Below are positions 27,477-38,292 of a stretch of DNA of 64,000 bases, one piece after another. This DNA is from an uncultured Ruficoccus sp. Lineage in GTDB: Bacteria > Verrucomicrobiota > Verrucomicrobiia > Opitutales > Cerasicoccaceae. Every line of letters begins with the position of its first letter. Position 1 is the first letter of the stretch. Below the pieces are notes generated by a model that made no database searches, was not told the origin of the DNA, and worked only from the letters and a program-made list of their open reading frames with translations. Location: positions 32,001 to 96,000 of the forward strand of contig OZ223514.1 of the NCBI GenBank assembly GCA_965140785.1, in the 5' to 3' direction. The translations under genes and the position numbers were made by a program.

Positions 27477-27845
27477 ATGAGATGTGTAGTAAAATTGATA
27501 TTAAGTGTAGGTATTGCTTTTGTCATTCTAGGTTGCTCATCTGTCGATGATGCAGGTGCATCTTCTAATGCGAAAACGGAGTTCTATTCAGGCAACTCTC
27601 ATGCTGATGATTTGCTGAAAAAAGACACCTTGGCTTTGATCTCACTTTACGTACAAGCAGATGGTTGTAATGATATCAGCCATGTAGATATTAAATCAAT
27701 GCACTACGAGCCAATGAATGGTAAAAAAGGGCACGTCTGGGCTAAAGAAGGATGGATGGTCACAGGCTGCGGCAAAGCCTACCCATTCTATGTTACATAC
27801 TCTGAAGATGGAGAAGGTGGGAACTTTATTGAAATTGCTCAATAG
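27477..27845 (+). CDS. AT-rich hypothetical lipoprotein
   Basis: Lipobox ILG|C. Markedly AT-rich versus its flanks. W.E.W.VTGCG...F.VTY..DG.GG motif. Confidence 0.75.
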   Translation: MRCVVKLILSVGIAFVILGCSSVDDAGASSNAKTEFYSGNSHADDLLKKDTLALISLYVQADGCNDISHVDIKSMHYEPMNGKKGHVWAKEGWMVTGCGKAYPFYVTYSEDGEGGNFIEIAQ

Positions 27846-27910
27846 CACCAGCTTGTTGGCCGGTTTCTCTCCGTGTTCTCTGTGCCCTCTGTGGTTAAAT
27901 TCATAAACCT

Positions 27911-29500
27911 TTGAAAAACTACGACGTTATCGTGGTCGGCAGCGGGATTGCCGGCTTGAGTTTCGCCTTGAAGGTGGCGGCGGCCGGGCGTCGCGTCGCC
28001 ATCATCACCAAAAAGAACCGCGCGGAGTCCAACACCAACTACGCCCAGGGCGGGATCGCCACCGTGACCTCGCAGACGGACGACTTCGAGCTGCACGTGA
28101 GCGACACCCTGACCGCCGGGGACGGGCTCTGCCGCGAGGAGGTGGTGCGCGAGGTGGTCAGCTCGGGGCCGGCCCGCATCGACGAACTTAAGCGCATCGG
28201 AGTCGAATTCACCAACCTGGAGGACGGGCGCATCTCCCTGCATAAGGAGGGCGGCCACTCCAAGCGGCGCATCCTCCACGTCAAGGATCTGACTGGGGCG
28301 GCCATTGAGCAGGCGCTCCTGCACGCCATCGAGCAGAGCGAGCACATCGACATGCTCGAACACCATTTCGCGATCGACCTGATCACCCGGGCCAAGCTCC
28401 GGCAGGAGGGGCCTGATGCCGTACTCGGCCTCTACGCGCTCAATGTCCAGACCGGGGTGGTGCATACCTTTTGCGCGCCCGTGGTGCTGCTGGCGACCGG
28501 CGGGGTGGGCCAGGTTTACCAGTTCACCACCAACCCGGACATCGCCACCGGCGACGGCATCGCCATCGCCTACCGGGCGGGCGTCGAGGTGCGCAACATG
28601 GAGTTCATCCAGTTCCACCCGACCGCCCTCTACACCCGGGCGAAGGACCGCTTCCTCATCTCCGAGGCCGTCCGGGGCGAGGGCGCGGTCCTGCGCAACA
28701 GCCGGGGCGAGGCCTTTATGAAGCGCTATGACGCGCGCGGCGACCTGGCCCCGCGCGACATCGTGGCCCGCGCCATCGACTCGGAAATGAAGCGCTCCGG
28801 CGCCGAACACCTCTGGCTCGATATCACCGACCAGGACGAGGCGTACATCCGCGACCGCTTCCCGACGATTTACGAAGCCTGCAAAAAGGCCGGCATCGAC
28901 ATGGCCAAGGAGATGATCCCGGTCGTCCCGGCCTGTCATTACCTGTGCGGTGGCATCACCACGGCGCTCGACGGCACCACCGGGCTTGACGGCCTGCTGG
29001 CCTGCGGCGAGGTCGCCTGCACCGGCCTGCACGGGGCCAACCGCCTGGCCAGCAACTCCCTGCTGGAGGCCTGCGTGCTCGCCCACAACGGCGCCCAGAC
29101 CGCCTTGAAATATCTGGAGACCCACGCCAACGGCAAGTTCGAGATGCCCCAGTGGCGCGACGGGGATGTGCGTGACCCGGATGAGCGTGTCGTCCTGCAC
29201 CACAACTGGGATGAACTCAAGCGCACCATGTGGGACTACGTGGCCATTGTCCGCACCGACAAGCGTCTCCAGCGAGCCCGCACCCGCATCCAGAATCTCC
29301 AGCGCGAGATCACCGAGTACTACTGGAACTTCAAGGTCGAGCCCGAGCTGCTCGAACTGCGCAATCTCATCCAGGTGGCCGAACTGATCATCGACTGCGC
29401 CCTCCAGCGCCGCGAGAGCCGCGGCCTGCACTTCACGCGCGACTATCGCGACAAACTTCCCGAGCCCCAGGACAGCATCGTTCAGCGCCTCCAGGGTTGA
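27911..29500 (+). CDS. nadB: L-aspartate oxidase
   Basis: GSGIAGL, AQGGIA, EGGHS.RRILH, QFHPT, SEAVRGEG, HGANRLASNSLLE, ESRGLH. Confidence 0.97.
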   Translation: MKNYDVIVVGSGIAGLSFALKVAAAGRRVAIITKKNRAESNTNYAQGGIATVTSQTDDFELHVSDTLTAGDGLCREEVVREVVSSGPARIDELKRIGVEFTNLEDGRISLHKEGGHSKRRILHVKDLTGAAIEQALLHAIEQSEHIDMLEHHFAIDLITRAKLRQEGPDAVLGLYALNVQTGVVHTFCAPVVLLATGGVGQVYQFTTNPDIATGDGIAIAYRAGVEVRNMEFIQFHPTALYTRAKDRFLISEAVRGEGAVLRNSRGEAFMKRYDARGDLAPRDIVARAIDSEMKRSGAEHLWLDITDQDEAYIRDRFPTIYEACKKAGIDMAKEMIPVVPACHYLCGGITTALDGTTGLDGLLACGEVACTGLHGANRLASNSLLEACVLAHNGAQTALKYLETHANGKFEMPQWRDGDVRDPDERVVLHHNWDELKRTMWDYVAIVRTDKRLQRARTRIQNLQREITEYYWNFKVEPELLELRNLIQVAELIIDCALQRRESRGLHFTRDYRDKLPEPQDSIVQRLQG

Positions 29501-29556
29501 GCAGGCTTTCTCTCCCCACGGTTGCATCGCGGCTTTTTTTACCTATGTTTGCGCGC

Positions 29557-30718
29557 ATGGAATGGCTAAATGATGAGATCGGTGGCAATTCGCTGTGGCG
29601 GTATCTGATGGTGGCTGTGATCATCCTGGGATCGATTCTGATCGGGATGGTGTTCAAGGCCCTTCTACGCCGCTGGTCCGCACGGGAGGAAACACACGGG
29701 CACGCCATCATGGCTTCGGGCATTATGGCTATCGCCGAGTCCACCGTGTTCCTGTGCTTCAGTATCGGGCAAAACGGAGCCTTCGACCTGCTCGGCCTGC
29801 CCAGTGGGGTGGACAAGTTCCAGAACATGTCCAGCGACCTGATCACGCTGTTGGCCATCATTCGCCTGGCTTGGCAGTTGATCCGCGTGCCGGAGGCGTG
29901 GCTGCGGGTGCTGGCCACGCGGGACGGCACCACGCTCAACTCCATGATCGCGCCCATGGTGCGCAACAGCCTGCGCACGCTGGTGGTGCTGATGGCGCTC
30001 TTGCAGGGCATCCAGATCATTAGCAACCAGGACTTTACCACGATCCTGGCCGGGCTCGGGGTGGGGGCGGCGGCGCTTGCGCTGGCCTCACAGCAGAGTG
30101 TGGCGAATTTTTTCGGGGCCATCGTACTCTTCGTCAACCGGCCCTTCGACATGGGCGACCGCATCGTCTATAACGGCTCGGACGGTACGGTCGAGGAGGT
30201 CGGCATCATGTGCACCAAGCAGCGCACGCTCGAAGGGCACCTGGTCACGATCCCGAATGGCAAGCTCTCCGGCGACTTGATCCGCAACGTCAGTAAGCGC
30301 CCGAACATCCGCCAGATTCACAACATCACCATTACCTACGACACGCCGCCGGAGAAGATTAAGCGGGCGATCGAAATCGCGCAGGAACTGCTCAAGGACC
30401 ACCCCGGTCTCGACGAGAGCCTGCCGCCCAAGGTGTACTTCAACGCGCTCAACGCCGACAGCCTGAACATCTTCTGCATTTTCTGGTTTCATCCGCCGGA
30501 CTGGTGGGCCTTTAACGACTTCAACCAGCACTTCCTGCTCTCGATCTTCGAGAGGTACGGGGAAGAGGACATCGACTTCGCCTTCCCGAGCCAGACCCGT
30601 GTACCTGGCCGGCGACGAGCGCCGCCCGCTCAACTTTGGCGAACTCACCGTCAAGGGGATTCAGAGCGAGGCCCCGGTGGAGGAACACCCGGACGGTTCA
30701 CAGAAGAAATCCGGATAA
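29557..30718 (+). CDS. MscS-family mechanosensitive channel (one apparent +1 frameshift near 30597)
   Basis: LAGLGVGAAALALASQ, RPFDMGD, IPNG, AFPSQT. The natural continuation VYLAGDERRPL... lies in the next frame and ends at TAA 30716-30718. Confidence 0.88.
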
Positions 30719-30836
30719 TCTCGCCGTGAGCCGGGAACACCGGGCCGCTCCCGGGCTCTAAAGGAGTGTCGTCAAATCCATCTTTGCCTCCTTCAGGGGG
30801 GCACCCCTGTTCCTGATGCGTATGTACACACACTGC

Positions 30837-30958
30837 TGTCATCCTGGGCAAGTCCGCTGGCGGACGCGCCGAAGGATCTCGCCGTGCGGACCTGCTGGAA
30901 CCGACAGAAGGCCCTCACATGGAGATCCTTCGACTCGCGACGCTCGCTCAGCATGATA
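30837..30958. repeat. REP-like long palindromic element (GTCATCCTG...GAAGGATCT / AGATCCTTCG...CAGCATGA)
   Basis: tgtcatcctgggc...cgaaggatctc pairs with gagatccttcg...gctcagcatgata. Confidence 0.75.
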
Positions 30959-31081
30959 ACGGTGATGAGCGCAAGGTCCAGGGTTTGAAAACATTGTTTA
31001 ACCGCCGGTCGAATGCTTCCGCGACAGGGGCTCTTTTTGCGTTGCCCCGGAGGCGTCGGGGGCGCGAAATATCCTCCTGCC

Positions 31082-32038
31082 ATGTTTAAGGAAAACCCCA
31101 GGGTGGCCATTGTCGGGCCGGGTGCGATTGGTGGCTACTACGGTTGTCACTTGGCCCGTGCCGGTTGCGACGTGCACTTTCTGCTGCGTAGTGATTATGA
31201 CGCGGTGAAGGAGCGCGGCTTCGTTATCCGCAAACCGGGGGAGACCTTCACCCTGCACCCCGTGCAGGGGCACCGCAAGCCGGAGGAGATCGGCCCGTGC
31301 GACCTGGTCATCATCGCTCTCAAAAGCACGGCCAACCGTCGTCTGGAGAAGCTTGTGGCCCCGCTGGTCGATGAGCATACCCTGGTACTGACCCTGCAAA
31401 ATGGCATGGGCAACGCCGAGGCGCTGGCGCAGTTTGTCCCGGCCCCGCAGATTCTGGGCGGCCTGTGCTTCGTCTGCCTGAACCGGGTGGAGCCGGGCGT
31501 GATCGAGTGCTACATGCCGGGGCGGATTTTTATCGGCGAATTTCTCGGCAGCTACCGCCAGCGCACGATCCAGATCGTGGAGCTGTTCGAAAAGGCCGGG
31601 ATCGAGGCGTACTTCTCGCGTTCGCTGGACGAGTCGCTCTGGCGTAAGCTGGTCTGGAACATCCCCTTCAACGGGCTGGCCATCGCCGCCGGGGGCGTCA
31701 CCACCACAGAGGTCATGGCCAGCGACCATCTGGTGCAGCTGGCCCGGATGCTCATGCGCGAGGTGCAGGCCGCTGCCCGCGCCCACGGCCATTACATCCC
31801 GGACGACTTTCTGGAGTCGCAGATCGAGGAGACGCGCCGCATGGACAGCTACAAGCCCTCCAGCCTGCTCGACTTCCTCGCCGGGCGCGAAGTCGAGGTA
31901 GAGGCGATTTTCGGTGAGCCCCTGCGCCGCGGCCTATCGAAGAGTGTTGTCATGCCCCGCCTGGAGACCTTGTATTACCTGCTCAAAGGCTTGTGCCCGC
32001 CCGGCGGAGCCTCCGCCAAACCGAAGAAAAAAGCCTGA
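31082..32038 (+). CDS. panE: 2-dehydropantoate 2-reductase
   Basis: GPGAIGGYYG, LQNGMG, WRKLVWNIPFN, PSSLLD, E.EAI.G. Confidence 0.9.
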   Translation: MFKENPRVAIVGPGAIGGYYGCHLARAGCDVHFLLRSDYDAVKERGFVIRKPGETFTLHPVQGHRKPEEIGPCDLVIIALKSTANRRLEKLVAPLVDEHTLVLTLQNGMGNAEALAQFVPAPQILGGLCFVCLNRVEPGVIECYMPGRIFIGEFLGSYRQRTIQIVELFEKAGIEAYFSRSLDESLWRKLVWNIPFNGLAIAAGGVTTTEVMASDHLVQLARMLMREVQAAARAHGHYIPDDFLESQIEETRRMDSYKPSSLLDFLAGREVEVEAIFGEPLRRGLSKSVVMPRLETLYYLLKGLCPPGGASAKPKKKA

Positions 32039-32050
32039 CCCGATTTTATC

Positions 32051-32845
32051 ATGGACCGTATCGCCGACGCCTTTTCCCGTGCCAAAGCCGAGGAGCGCAC
32101 GCTCTTCGTCTCCTACCTGTGCGCGGGCGACCCCGACCCCGAGACCTCGTTTGAAGCCTGTCGCACGCTGATCGACAGCGGTGTCGGCCTGATCGAGCTG
32201 GGCGTGCCCTTCTCCGATCCGCTGGCAGACGGCAAGACCAACCAGCACGCCGCCGAGCGTGCCCTGGCCGCGGGCATGACACAGGAGAAAGTCTTCGAAC
32301 TGGTCCGGCGCATCCGCGAAATCAGCGAGGTGCCGATCGTCTTCTATACTTACTATAATCTCGTCTATGCGCACGGCGAAGAAAAGTACGTGACCATGGC
32401 CAAAAAGGCCGGGGTGGACGGCATGCTCGTGCTCGACCTGCCGCCCGAGGAGGCCGGCAGTTGGATGAAAATTTGCGCCGCCGCGCAGATGAAGACTGTC
32501 TTTATCATCGCGCCGACGACCCCGCCCGAGCGGGTGGAGAAAATCGCCAACACCGCCACGGGCTTCCTCTACTACGTCTCGCAGCTCGGCGTGACCGGCG
32601 TGCGCGATTCCCTCGCGGCGGACATGGGCGACAAGGTCCGGGAAATCCGTCGCCACACCGATCTGCCGGTCGTGGTCGGCTTCGGCATCTCCAAGCCCGA
32701 GCACGTCAAGGCGGTGGGCGAGGTGGCCGACGGGGCCGTGGTTGGCAGCGCCCTGGTCAATTGCCTGGCCGCCAACGCCGACAATCCGCCCGCCGCCCTC
32801 AAGGCGCTCGGCAATGTCGCCTGCGAACTGGTCGCCGGTTGCTGA
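32051..32845 (+). CDS. trpA: Tryptophan synthase alpha chain
   Basis: ELGVPFSDPLADG, DLPPEE, YYVSQLGVTG, GFGIS, VVGSA. Confidence 0.97.
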   Translation: MDRIADAFSRAKAEERTLFVSYLCAGDPDPETSFEACRTLIDSGVGLIELGVPFSDPLADGKTNQHAAERALAAGMTQEKVFELVRRIREISEVPIVFYTYYNLVYAHGEEKYVTMAKKAGVDGMLVLDLPPEEAGSWMKICAAAQMKTVFIIAPTTPPERVEKIANTATGFLYYVSQLGVTGVRDSLAADMGDKVREIRRHTDLPVVVGFGISKPEHVKAVGEVADGAVVGSALVNCLAANADNPPAALKALGNVACELVAGC

Positions 32846-32956
32846 GGACCGGTCGTTGCGGAGAGTTTTTGAGTACGCGCCAGAGGTGGCTCTCGATAGC
32901 TTTTTTCAAACTGGATTTCTTTATACTGTTTTCACGTCGTATCGATAAAGAGATGG

Positions 32957-33033
32957 CCCGCGAAGTCACGCGAAGGAACACGAAGTGAATCATTCCCTCA
33001 TCGACTTTGCGTATCTTCGCGTGGCTTCGCGGG
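32957..33033. repeat. Inverted nonamer-array element (CGCGAAG x3 ... CTTCGCG x3)
   Basis: cccgcgaagtcacgcgaaggaacacgaag ... ctttgcgtatcttcgcgtggcttcgcggg. Confidence 0.85.
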
Positions 33034-33108
33034 AAATCGGTATTAGCCGCGGCTAATATTCATCAACCGTTAATATAAACTGCATTTCGGAAAACAAAGA
33101 GGTGGGTG

Positions 33109-33969
33109 ATGACCGTCTATTATTACAGGGATCGTTTTATCGACTCGGGGAAAAGCGCTGTCCCGATTGAGGATCGCGCGTTCAACTACGGCGACGGCAT
33201 TTACGAGGTCGTGCGCTTCGAGAGGGGGCACGGTATTGGCCTGGCCGAGCACCTGGAGCGGCTGGAGCACAGCGCGGCGGCGATCCGTCTGCGCCTGCCG
33301 TATCCGTTGGAGAAGATTCGCGAGATCGTGATCGAGGCCGCCGGGCGGGTCGAGGCGCCGGTGGTCGATGTGTATTTTCAGATCAGCCGCGGGGAGGCCC
33401 CACGCAAGCACGCCTTTCCCCAGGTCGAGCCTGTGCTCGCGCTCTTCGCCAAGGCGGCGGACGTGTACACGGATGCGTTCCGCCAGGCGGGCGTCTCCGT
33501 CATCACCGTGCCGGACGAGCGTTGGAGTAATTGTTACATCAAGTCCCTCAACCTGCTGCCCAACGTCCTGGCCAAGCAGGCGGCGGTCGAGGCCGGGGTT
33601 TACGATGCGGTCTTCGTGCGCGAGGGCTGCGTTACCGAAGCCTCGTCCAGTAATGTATTCGTTTTCCATGACGGGGTGTTCCGCACCGCCCCGGCTGAGC
33701 GGGGCATCCTCAACGGCATCACGCGCCGCTTCGTCATCGCGGCCATCCGCGAGCTGGGCTACTCGCTGGAGGAGGTGCGGCCGAGTGCCACGTTTTTCGA
33801 GCGCGAGGCGGACAGCGCCTTTTTGACCAGCACGACGATGGACATGATGCCCATCAACTCCATCAATGGGCGAGCTCTGCCGCCGCTGGAGCCGGATTCG
33901 CCCGTGTGGGCGGCGCTCGAAAAAATGCGCCTGCTCAGCCGTGGCAAAGGGCAGACAACCGGCGTGTGA
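33109..33969 (+). CDS. dat: D-amino-acid transaminase (class IV PLP)
   Basis: EDRAFNYGDGIYEV, YFQISRG..PRKH.FP, IKSLNLLPNVLAKQ, ILNGITR. Confidence 0.8.
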   Translation: MTVYYYRDRFIDSGKSAVPIEDRAFNYGDGIYEVVRFERGHGIGLAEHLERLEHSAAAIRLRLPYPLEKIREIVIEAAGRVEAPVVDVYFQISRGEAPRKHAFPQVEPVLALFAKAADVYTDAFRQAGVSVITVPDERWSNCYIKSLNLLPNVLAKQAAVEAGVYDAVFVREGCVTEASSSNVFVFHDGVFRTAPAERGILNGITRRFVIAAIRELGYSLEEVRPSATFFEREADSAFLTSTTMDMMPINSINGRALPPLEPDSPVWAALEKMRLLSRGKGQTTGV

Positions 33970-34033
33970 GGGCGTGAGCGGTCGTCATCCGTGGGCAAAT
34001 TCTTTATGACCCACGAGCAGGCGGGAAGAAGTA

Positions 34034-35338
34034 TCACCGACCGATCGCCTGGCGCACGCGCTCGACAATGCGGGCGGTGGCGCCGCGATTGGCGGCGTGC
34101 CAGTCGCGTCCGGCGGCGGCCATAGGCTCGCGCTCGGCGGGCTCGCGCATCAGCTCCAGCAGGGTGGTTTTGACGGCGGCAGTGTCGGTACACTTGCGGG
34201 CGGCTCCGGCCTCTTCGAGTTGGCGGCAGATGTGGCGGAAATTGCTCATGGCCGGGCCGTAAACGAGCGGCAGGCCGAGGGCGGCAGCTTCGACGGGGGT
34301 TTGCCCGCCGTCGTTGGGCGGCAGGCTCTTGCCGACGAAGGCCAGCGTGCCCGCCTGGCTGAGCCGGACCATCTCGCCGGTGGTGTCGGCGACGTAGATT
34401 TTCGTCGGGCCGGGGGCCTGCTGCGAGCGGGTGCGCAGGTGCCAGGGCAGGGCCTGCTTGTCCAGTAGTTCGGTGATCTCGCCACGGCGTTCGGCGTGGC
34501 GGGGAATGATCAGCAGGCGCGCGTCGATCCCGGCGGCGAGGGCGTCGTTGAGGACTTCGACGAGGAGCTTTTCCTCGCCGGGCCAGGTGCTGGAGCCCAG
34601 CAGCACGAGCGGGGCGGGGGCGTCCTCCTTTTCGACAAAACCCATCTCGCGGTGCAGGGCGGCGATCTCGTCGGGGGAGAGGACGGGCTTGACCTCGACA
34701 TCGAGCTTCATGCTGCCGGTGACGGCGGTGGTGGCCGGGTCGGCTCCGAGGGCGAGGAAGCGCTGGCCGTCGTTGGGGGTGGCGGCCAGCAGGCCGGAGA
34801 GCCGACTCATGAGGCGGCGGCTGACGAGGGGGAATTTTTGATAGCGGCGGAAGGAGCGGTCCGACATGCGGCCGTTGATGAGCAGGACCGGGACGCGGCG
34901 GCAGTGGGCCTGGTAAAGGTGCTCGGGCCACAGCTCGGCCTCCATCAGGATGGCCAGGTCCGGGTCCAGGCGGCGCCACGAGTTGCGGCTGAAGGGAAAG
35001 AAATCCAGCGGGAAAATGCCGACCTTGAGCACTTTCGGGCTGAACTCCTTGCGGAGGATGGCGTAGCCGGTGCTGGTCGTGGTGGTGACGATCACCTCGA
35101 CGCCGTCGAGGGCGTGCAGGGCGTCCACCAGCGGGGTCAGGGCGCGGATTTCGCCCACGCTGACAGCCTGGATCCAGATACGTTTGACGTCCTTGCGCTT
35201 GGGCGGGGGGCGGTCGATGAGGCCGAAACGATGGTGAAAGTCGTGGCGGTAGCCGCCGCGCTTGTACATGCGCCACCAGTAGTAGGGGAGCGCGACGAGC
35301 AGCACGGGCAGGAAGAGCAGCCGGTAAAACCAAATCAT
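34034..35338 (-). CDS. waaA: 3-deoxy-D-manno-octulosonic acid transferase
   Basis: WIQAVSVGE, PLD, EAELWP, NGRMSDRS, PRHAER, GGQTPVEAA. Confidence 0.95.
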   Translation of the reverse strand: MIWFYRLLFLPVLLVALPYYWWRMYKRGGYRHDFHHRFGLIDRPPPKRKDVKRIWIQAVSVGEIRALTPLVDALHALDGVEVIVTTTTSTGYAILRKEFSPKVLKVGIFPLDFFPFSRNSWRRLDPDLAILMEAELWPEHLYQAHCRRVPVLLINGRMSDRSFRRYQKFPLVSRRLMSRLSGLLAATPNDGQRFLALGADPATTAVTGSMKLDVEVKPVLSPDEIAALHREMGFVEKEDAPAPLVLLGSSTWPGEEKLLVEVLNDALAAGIDARLLIIPRHAERRGEITELLDKQALPWHLRTRSQQAPGPTKIYVADTTGEMVRLSQAGTLAFVGKSLPPNDGGQTPVEAAALGLPLVYGPAMSNFRHICRQLEEAGAARKCTDTAAVKTTLLELMREPAEREPMAAAGRDWHAANRGATARIVERVRQAIGR

Positions 35339-35439
35339 GGGAAAAGGAACTTTTTGACACCTTAGCAGGACGAATGAAACATAATTCTGACGCTTGCCGT
35401 CCCGGAGGGCGTGGCTAGGCTCGGAGGTTCCCCTTATTT

Positions 35440-38238
35440 ATGAAACGTCTGACTCTTCTTTCATTCGTCCTGCTGCTGCCGCTGTGGGCGGTGGCTCAAC
35501 CGACCGAGAGCGACCTGCCCGCTGATCCCGCCGTGACCTGGGGCCAGCTCGACAACGGCCTCACCTACGCGATCATGCCCAACGCCGAGCCCCCGGGCAA
35601 GGTCAGCCTCCGCCTGCTGGTCGAGGCCGGCTCGCTGATGGAGCGGGAGGACCAGCGCGGCCTGGCACACTTTCTGGAGCACATGGCCTTCAACGGCAGC
35701 ACCCACTACCCGCCCGGCTCGCTGGTCGAGTATCTCCAGCGCATCGGGATGAGCTTCGGGGCCGACACCAACGCGCACACCGGCTTCGACGAGACCGTTT
35801 ACAAGCTCGAACTGCCGGGCAACACCGACGAGTTGCTACACGAGGGCTTTCAAGTTCTGTCTGACTACGCCGGGGGCCTGCTCCTGCGCAACGAGGAGAT
35901 CGACCACGAGCGTGGTGTCATCCTGAGCGAGCTGCGCGCCCGTGACTCGGTGGACTACCGGACCTTCGTGGCCTACTGGGAGTTTATTTTTCCGAACTCC
36001 CTGCTGCCCCAGCGCCTGCCCATCGGCTTGACCGAGGTGATCGAGGAGGCCCCCCGCGACGCCTTTACCGACTTTTATACAGAGTGGTATCGCCCGGATA
36101 ACATGGCCGTCGTCGTGGTGGGCGATGTCACGCCCGCGCAGGTCGAACCGCTGCTCAAGGCCGCCTTCGGTCCGCTGAAAAATCCCGAATCCCCGCTGGG
36201 CGAACCGGATCTGGGGACGGTGGGTGAGCCCGGCCTGCATGTGGATCTGCACAGCGAGCCCGAGGCTCCCGCCACCTCGATCGGCCTGATGACCGTGCGC
36301 CCCTATGACAACCCGCCCGATTCGCGGGCGCTGCGCATCGCCAATATCCGCACCGCCGCCGCCAACGGCATCCTCAACCGGCGCTTTGCCAAGCTGGCCA
36401 AGGAGGCGGACGCGCCCTTCTCCGAGGGCGAGGCTTACGCCTACGACTACCTGGACTTTTTCGAGATGGGCGGGGTCGAGCTGACCTGCCGCCCGCAGCA
36501 GTGGCAGGACGCGCTCAAGGTGGCCGAGCAGGAGCTGCGTCGGGCGCTCCAGTACGGCTTTACCCCGGCCGAGGTGGACGAGGTCAAAGCCGACCTGCTC
36601 AAGACCTTCGAACGCGCTGTGCAGGAGGCACCGACACGGCTGGACCGCTCTCTCTCCAGTTCCATTGCCCGCTCGCTTTCCAAGGACGAGGTTTTTACCT
36701 CGCCGCAGACGGACCTGGAACTGGCGCAGGCCGCGATGGCGAACTTTGACGCGGCCCAGGCGCTGATCTCGTTGCGCGAACTCTGGGCCAACGACAACCG
36801 CTACATCTTTGTCAGCGGAAACCTCGAACTGGGCGAGGACGACCCGACGATCGAGGACGTCTTCACCGCCAGCATGGAGGAAGCCGTCGAGCCCCCGGCG
36901 CTGGTCGAGGCCAAGCCCTGGCCCTACACGGACTTCGGCCCGGCGGGCGAGGTGGCTGAGGAAAAAGTCGTCGAGGATCTGGGCATCCACCAGGTGCGCT
37001 TCGCCAACGGCGTGCGTTTCAACTTCAAGCAGACCGACTTCGAGGCGGGCAGCGTACAGGTGGCCGTGCGCTTCGGCGGGGGTGACCTGAGCTCCCCGGC
37101 GGACCAGCCCGGCCTGGCTACATTCGCGAGCATGGTCTTCACCGCGGGCGGGCTGAAGGCCCTCAGCGCGGACGAGCTACGCCAGACGCTCGCGGGCAAG
37201 GACGTGGGTGCCGGTTTCACTGTCGATACCGACGCCTTTGTGTTGGCCGGTGGCTGCACGCCAGCGGACTTTACCACGCAGGTCCAGTTGTTGGCCGCGA
37301 GCCTGACCACGCCCGGTTATCGCGAGGAGGCCGCCCGTCTGGCCCGCCAGCAGTACGCCGAGCTTTCCCTGCGTATCGAGCATACGCTGGAAGGCGTCCT
37401 CGGCAACGAGGTCAGCCGCTTCCTGGCCGGGGGTAGCCGGTTCTTCGGCTCACCGAGCAAAGAGGACTTCGACGCGCGCACGATGGACGAGGTCAAGGCG
37501 TGGCTGGCGAAGCCGCTGGCCGAGGCCTACCTGGAGATTTCTGTGGTCGGCGACATCGACTACGACACGGCGCTCAAGGCCGTGGCCGCGACCTTCGGTG
37601 CACTGCCGAAGCGGGCGGACGCGCCGGAGCCCTACACCGCCGAGCGCGACAGCGTGCACTTCCCGGTGGATGTGAAGGAAAAGAACTTCACCTACCCGAC
37701 GGACATCCCCCGCGCCGTGGCACTCGCTTACTGGCCGACGGTAGACTACTGGAACATCCAGCGCACGCGGCGGCTGAACGTCCTCTCCTACGTGATGGCG
37801 GACCGCCTCCGCATCGAGGTTCGCGAGAAGCTCGGCGAGGGCTACAGCCCTTATGCGCGCAACAACAGCAGCGAGACGTTCAAGGACTATGGGGTCTTTT
37901 ACGCGCTCAACCTCTGCGCCCCCGAGAAGGTGGAGGAACTGGCCGGTCTGCTCGACAAGCTCGGGCAGGACCTGGGCACGGGCAACATCACCCAGGACGA
38001 GACCGACCGCGCCCTCAAACCCATCCACTCCATGCTCAAGGACTACCTGCGCACCAACGGCTACTGGCTCAACCGCGTGCTGTTGCGCTCGCAGGAGAAG
38101 CCCGAGGTGCTGGAGTGGGCGCGCACGATTTCCGACGACTACCAGTCCATCTCGGTGGACGAACTCAACGCCCTGGCCCGGGAATACCTCGGCTCTGGCG
38201 TGGGGCTGAAGGTCACGGTGGCGCCGAACGGGATGTAG
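35440..38238 (+). CDS. pqqL: M16 family periplasmic zinc protease (PqqL-like)
   Basis: Signal peptide, HFLEH (HxxEH), FGADTNAHT, WYRPDNM, REKLG..YSP. Confidence 0.9.
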   Translation: MKRLTLLSFVLLLPLWAVAQPTESDLPADPAVTWGQLDNGLTYAIMPNAEPPGKVSLRLLVEAGSLMEREDQRGLAHFLEHMAFNGSTHYPPGSLVEYLQRIGMSFGADTNAHTGFDETVYKLELPGNTDELLHEGFQVLSDYAGGLLLRNEEIDHERGVILSELRARDSVDYRTFVAYWEFIFPNSLLPQRLPIGLTEVIEEAPRDAFTDFYTEWYRPDNMAVVVVGDVTPAQVEPLLKAAFGPLKNPESPLGEPDLGTVGEPGLHVDLHSEPEAPATSIGLMTVRPYDNPPDSRALRIANIRTAAANGILNRRFAKLAKEADAPFSEGEAYAYDYLDFFEMGGVELTCRPQQWQDALKVAEQELRRALQYGFTPAEVDEVKADLLKTFERAVQEAPTRLDRSLSSSIARSLSKDEVFTSPQTDLELAQAAMANFDAAQALISLRELWANDNRYIFVSGNLELGEDDPTIEDVFTASMEEAVEPPALVEAKPWPYTDFGPAGEVAEEKVVEDLGIHQVRFANGVRFNFKQTDFEAGSVQVAVRFGGGDLSSPADQPGLATFASMVFTAGGLKALSADELRQTLAGKDVGAGFTVDTDAFVLAGGCTPADFTTQVQLLAASLTTPGYREEAARLARQQYAELSLRIEHTLEGVLGNEVSRFLAGGSRFFGSPSKEDFDARTMDEVKAWLAKPLAEAYLEISVVGDIDYDTALKAVAATFGALPKRADAPEPYTAERDSVHFPVDVKEKNFTYPTDIPRAVALAYWPTVDYWNIQRTRRLNVLSYVMADRLRIEVREKLGEGYSPYARNNSSETFKDYGVFYALNLCAPEKVEELAGLLDKLGQDLGTGNITQDETDRALKPIHSMLKDYLRTNGYWLNRVLLRSQEKPEVLEWARTISDDYQSISVDELNALAREYLGSGVGLKVTVAPNGM

Positions 38239-38292
38239 GCAGGGGGGCTTTTTTCAGCCTTCACGGTTTACGCAGCGCTTACTTCGCCTGCT

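Noticed and set aside
30590..30729. Alternative C-terminus of MscS (RVPGRRRAPP...)
   Set aside because: One extra base in a C-run near 30597. The shifted frame gives the family-typical AFPSQT-VYL continuation.
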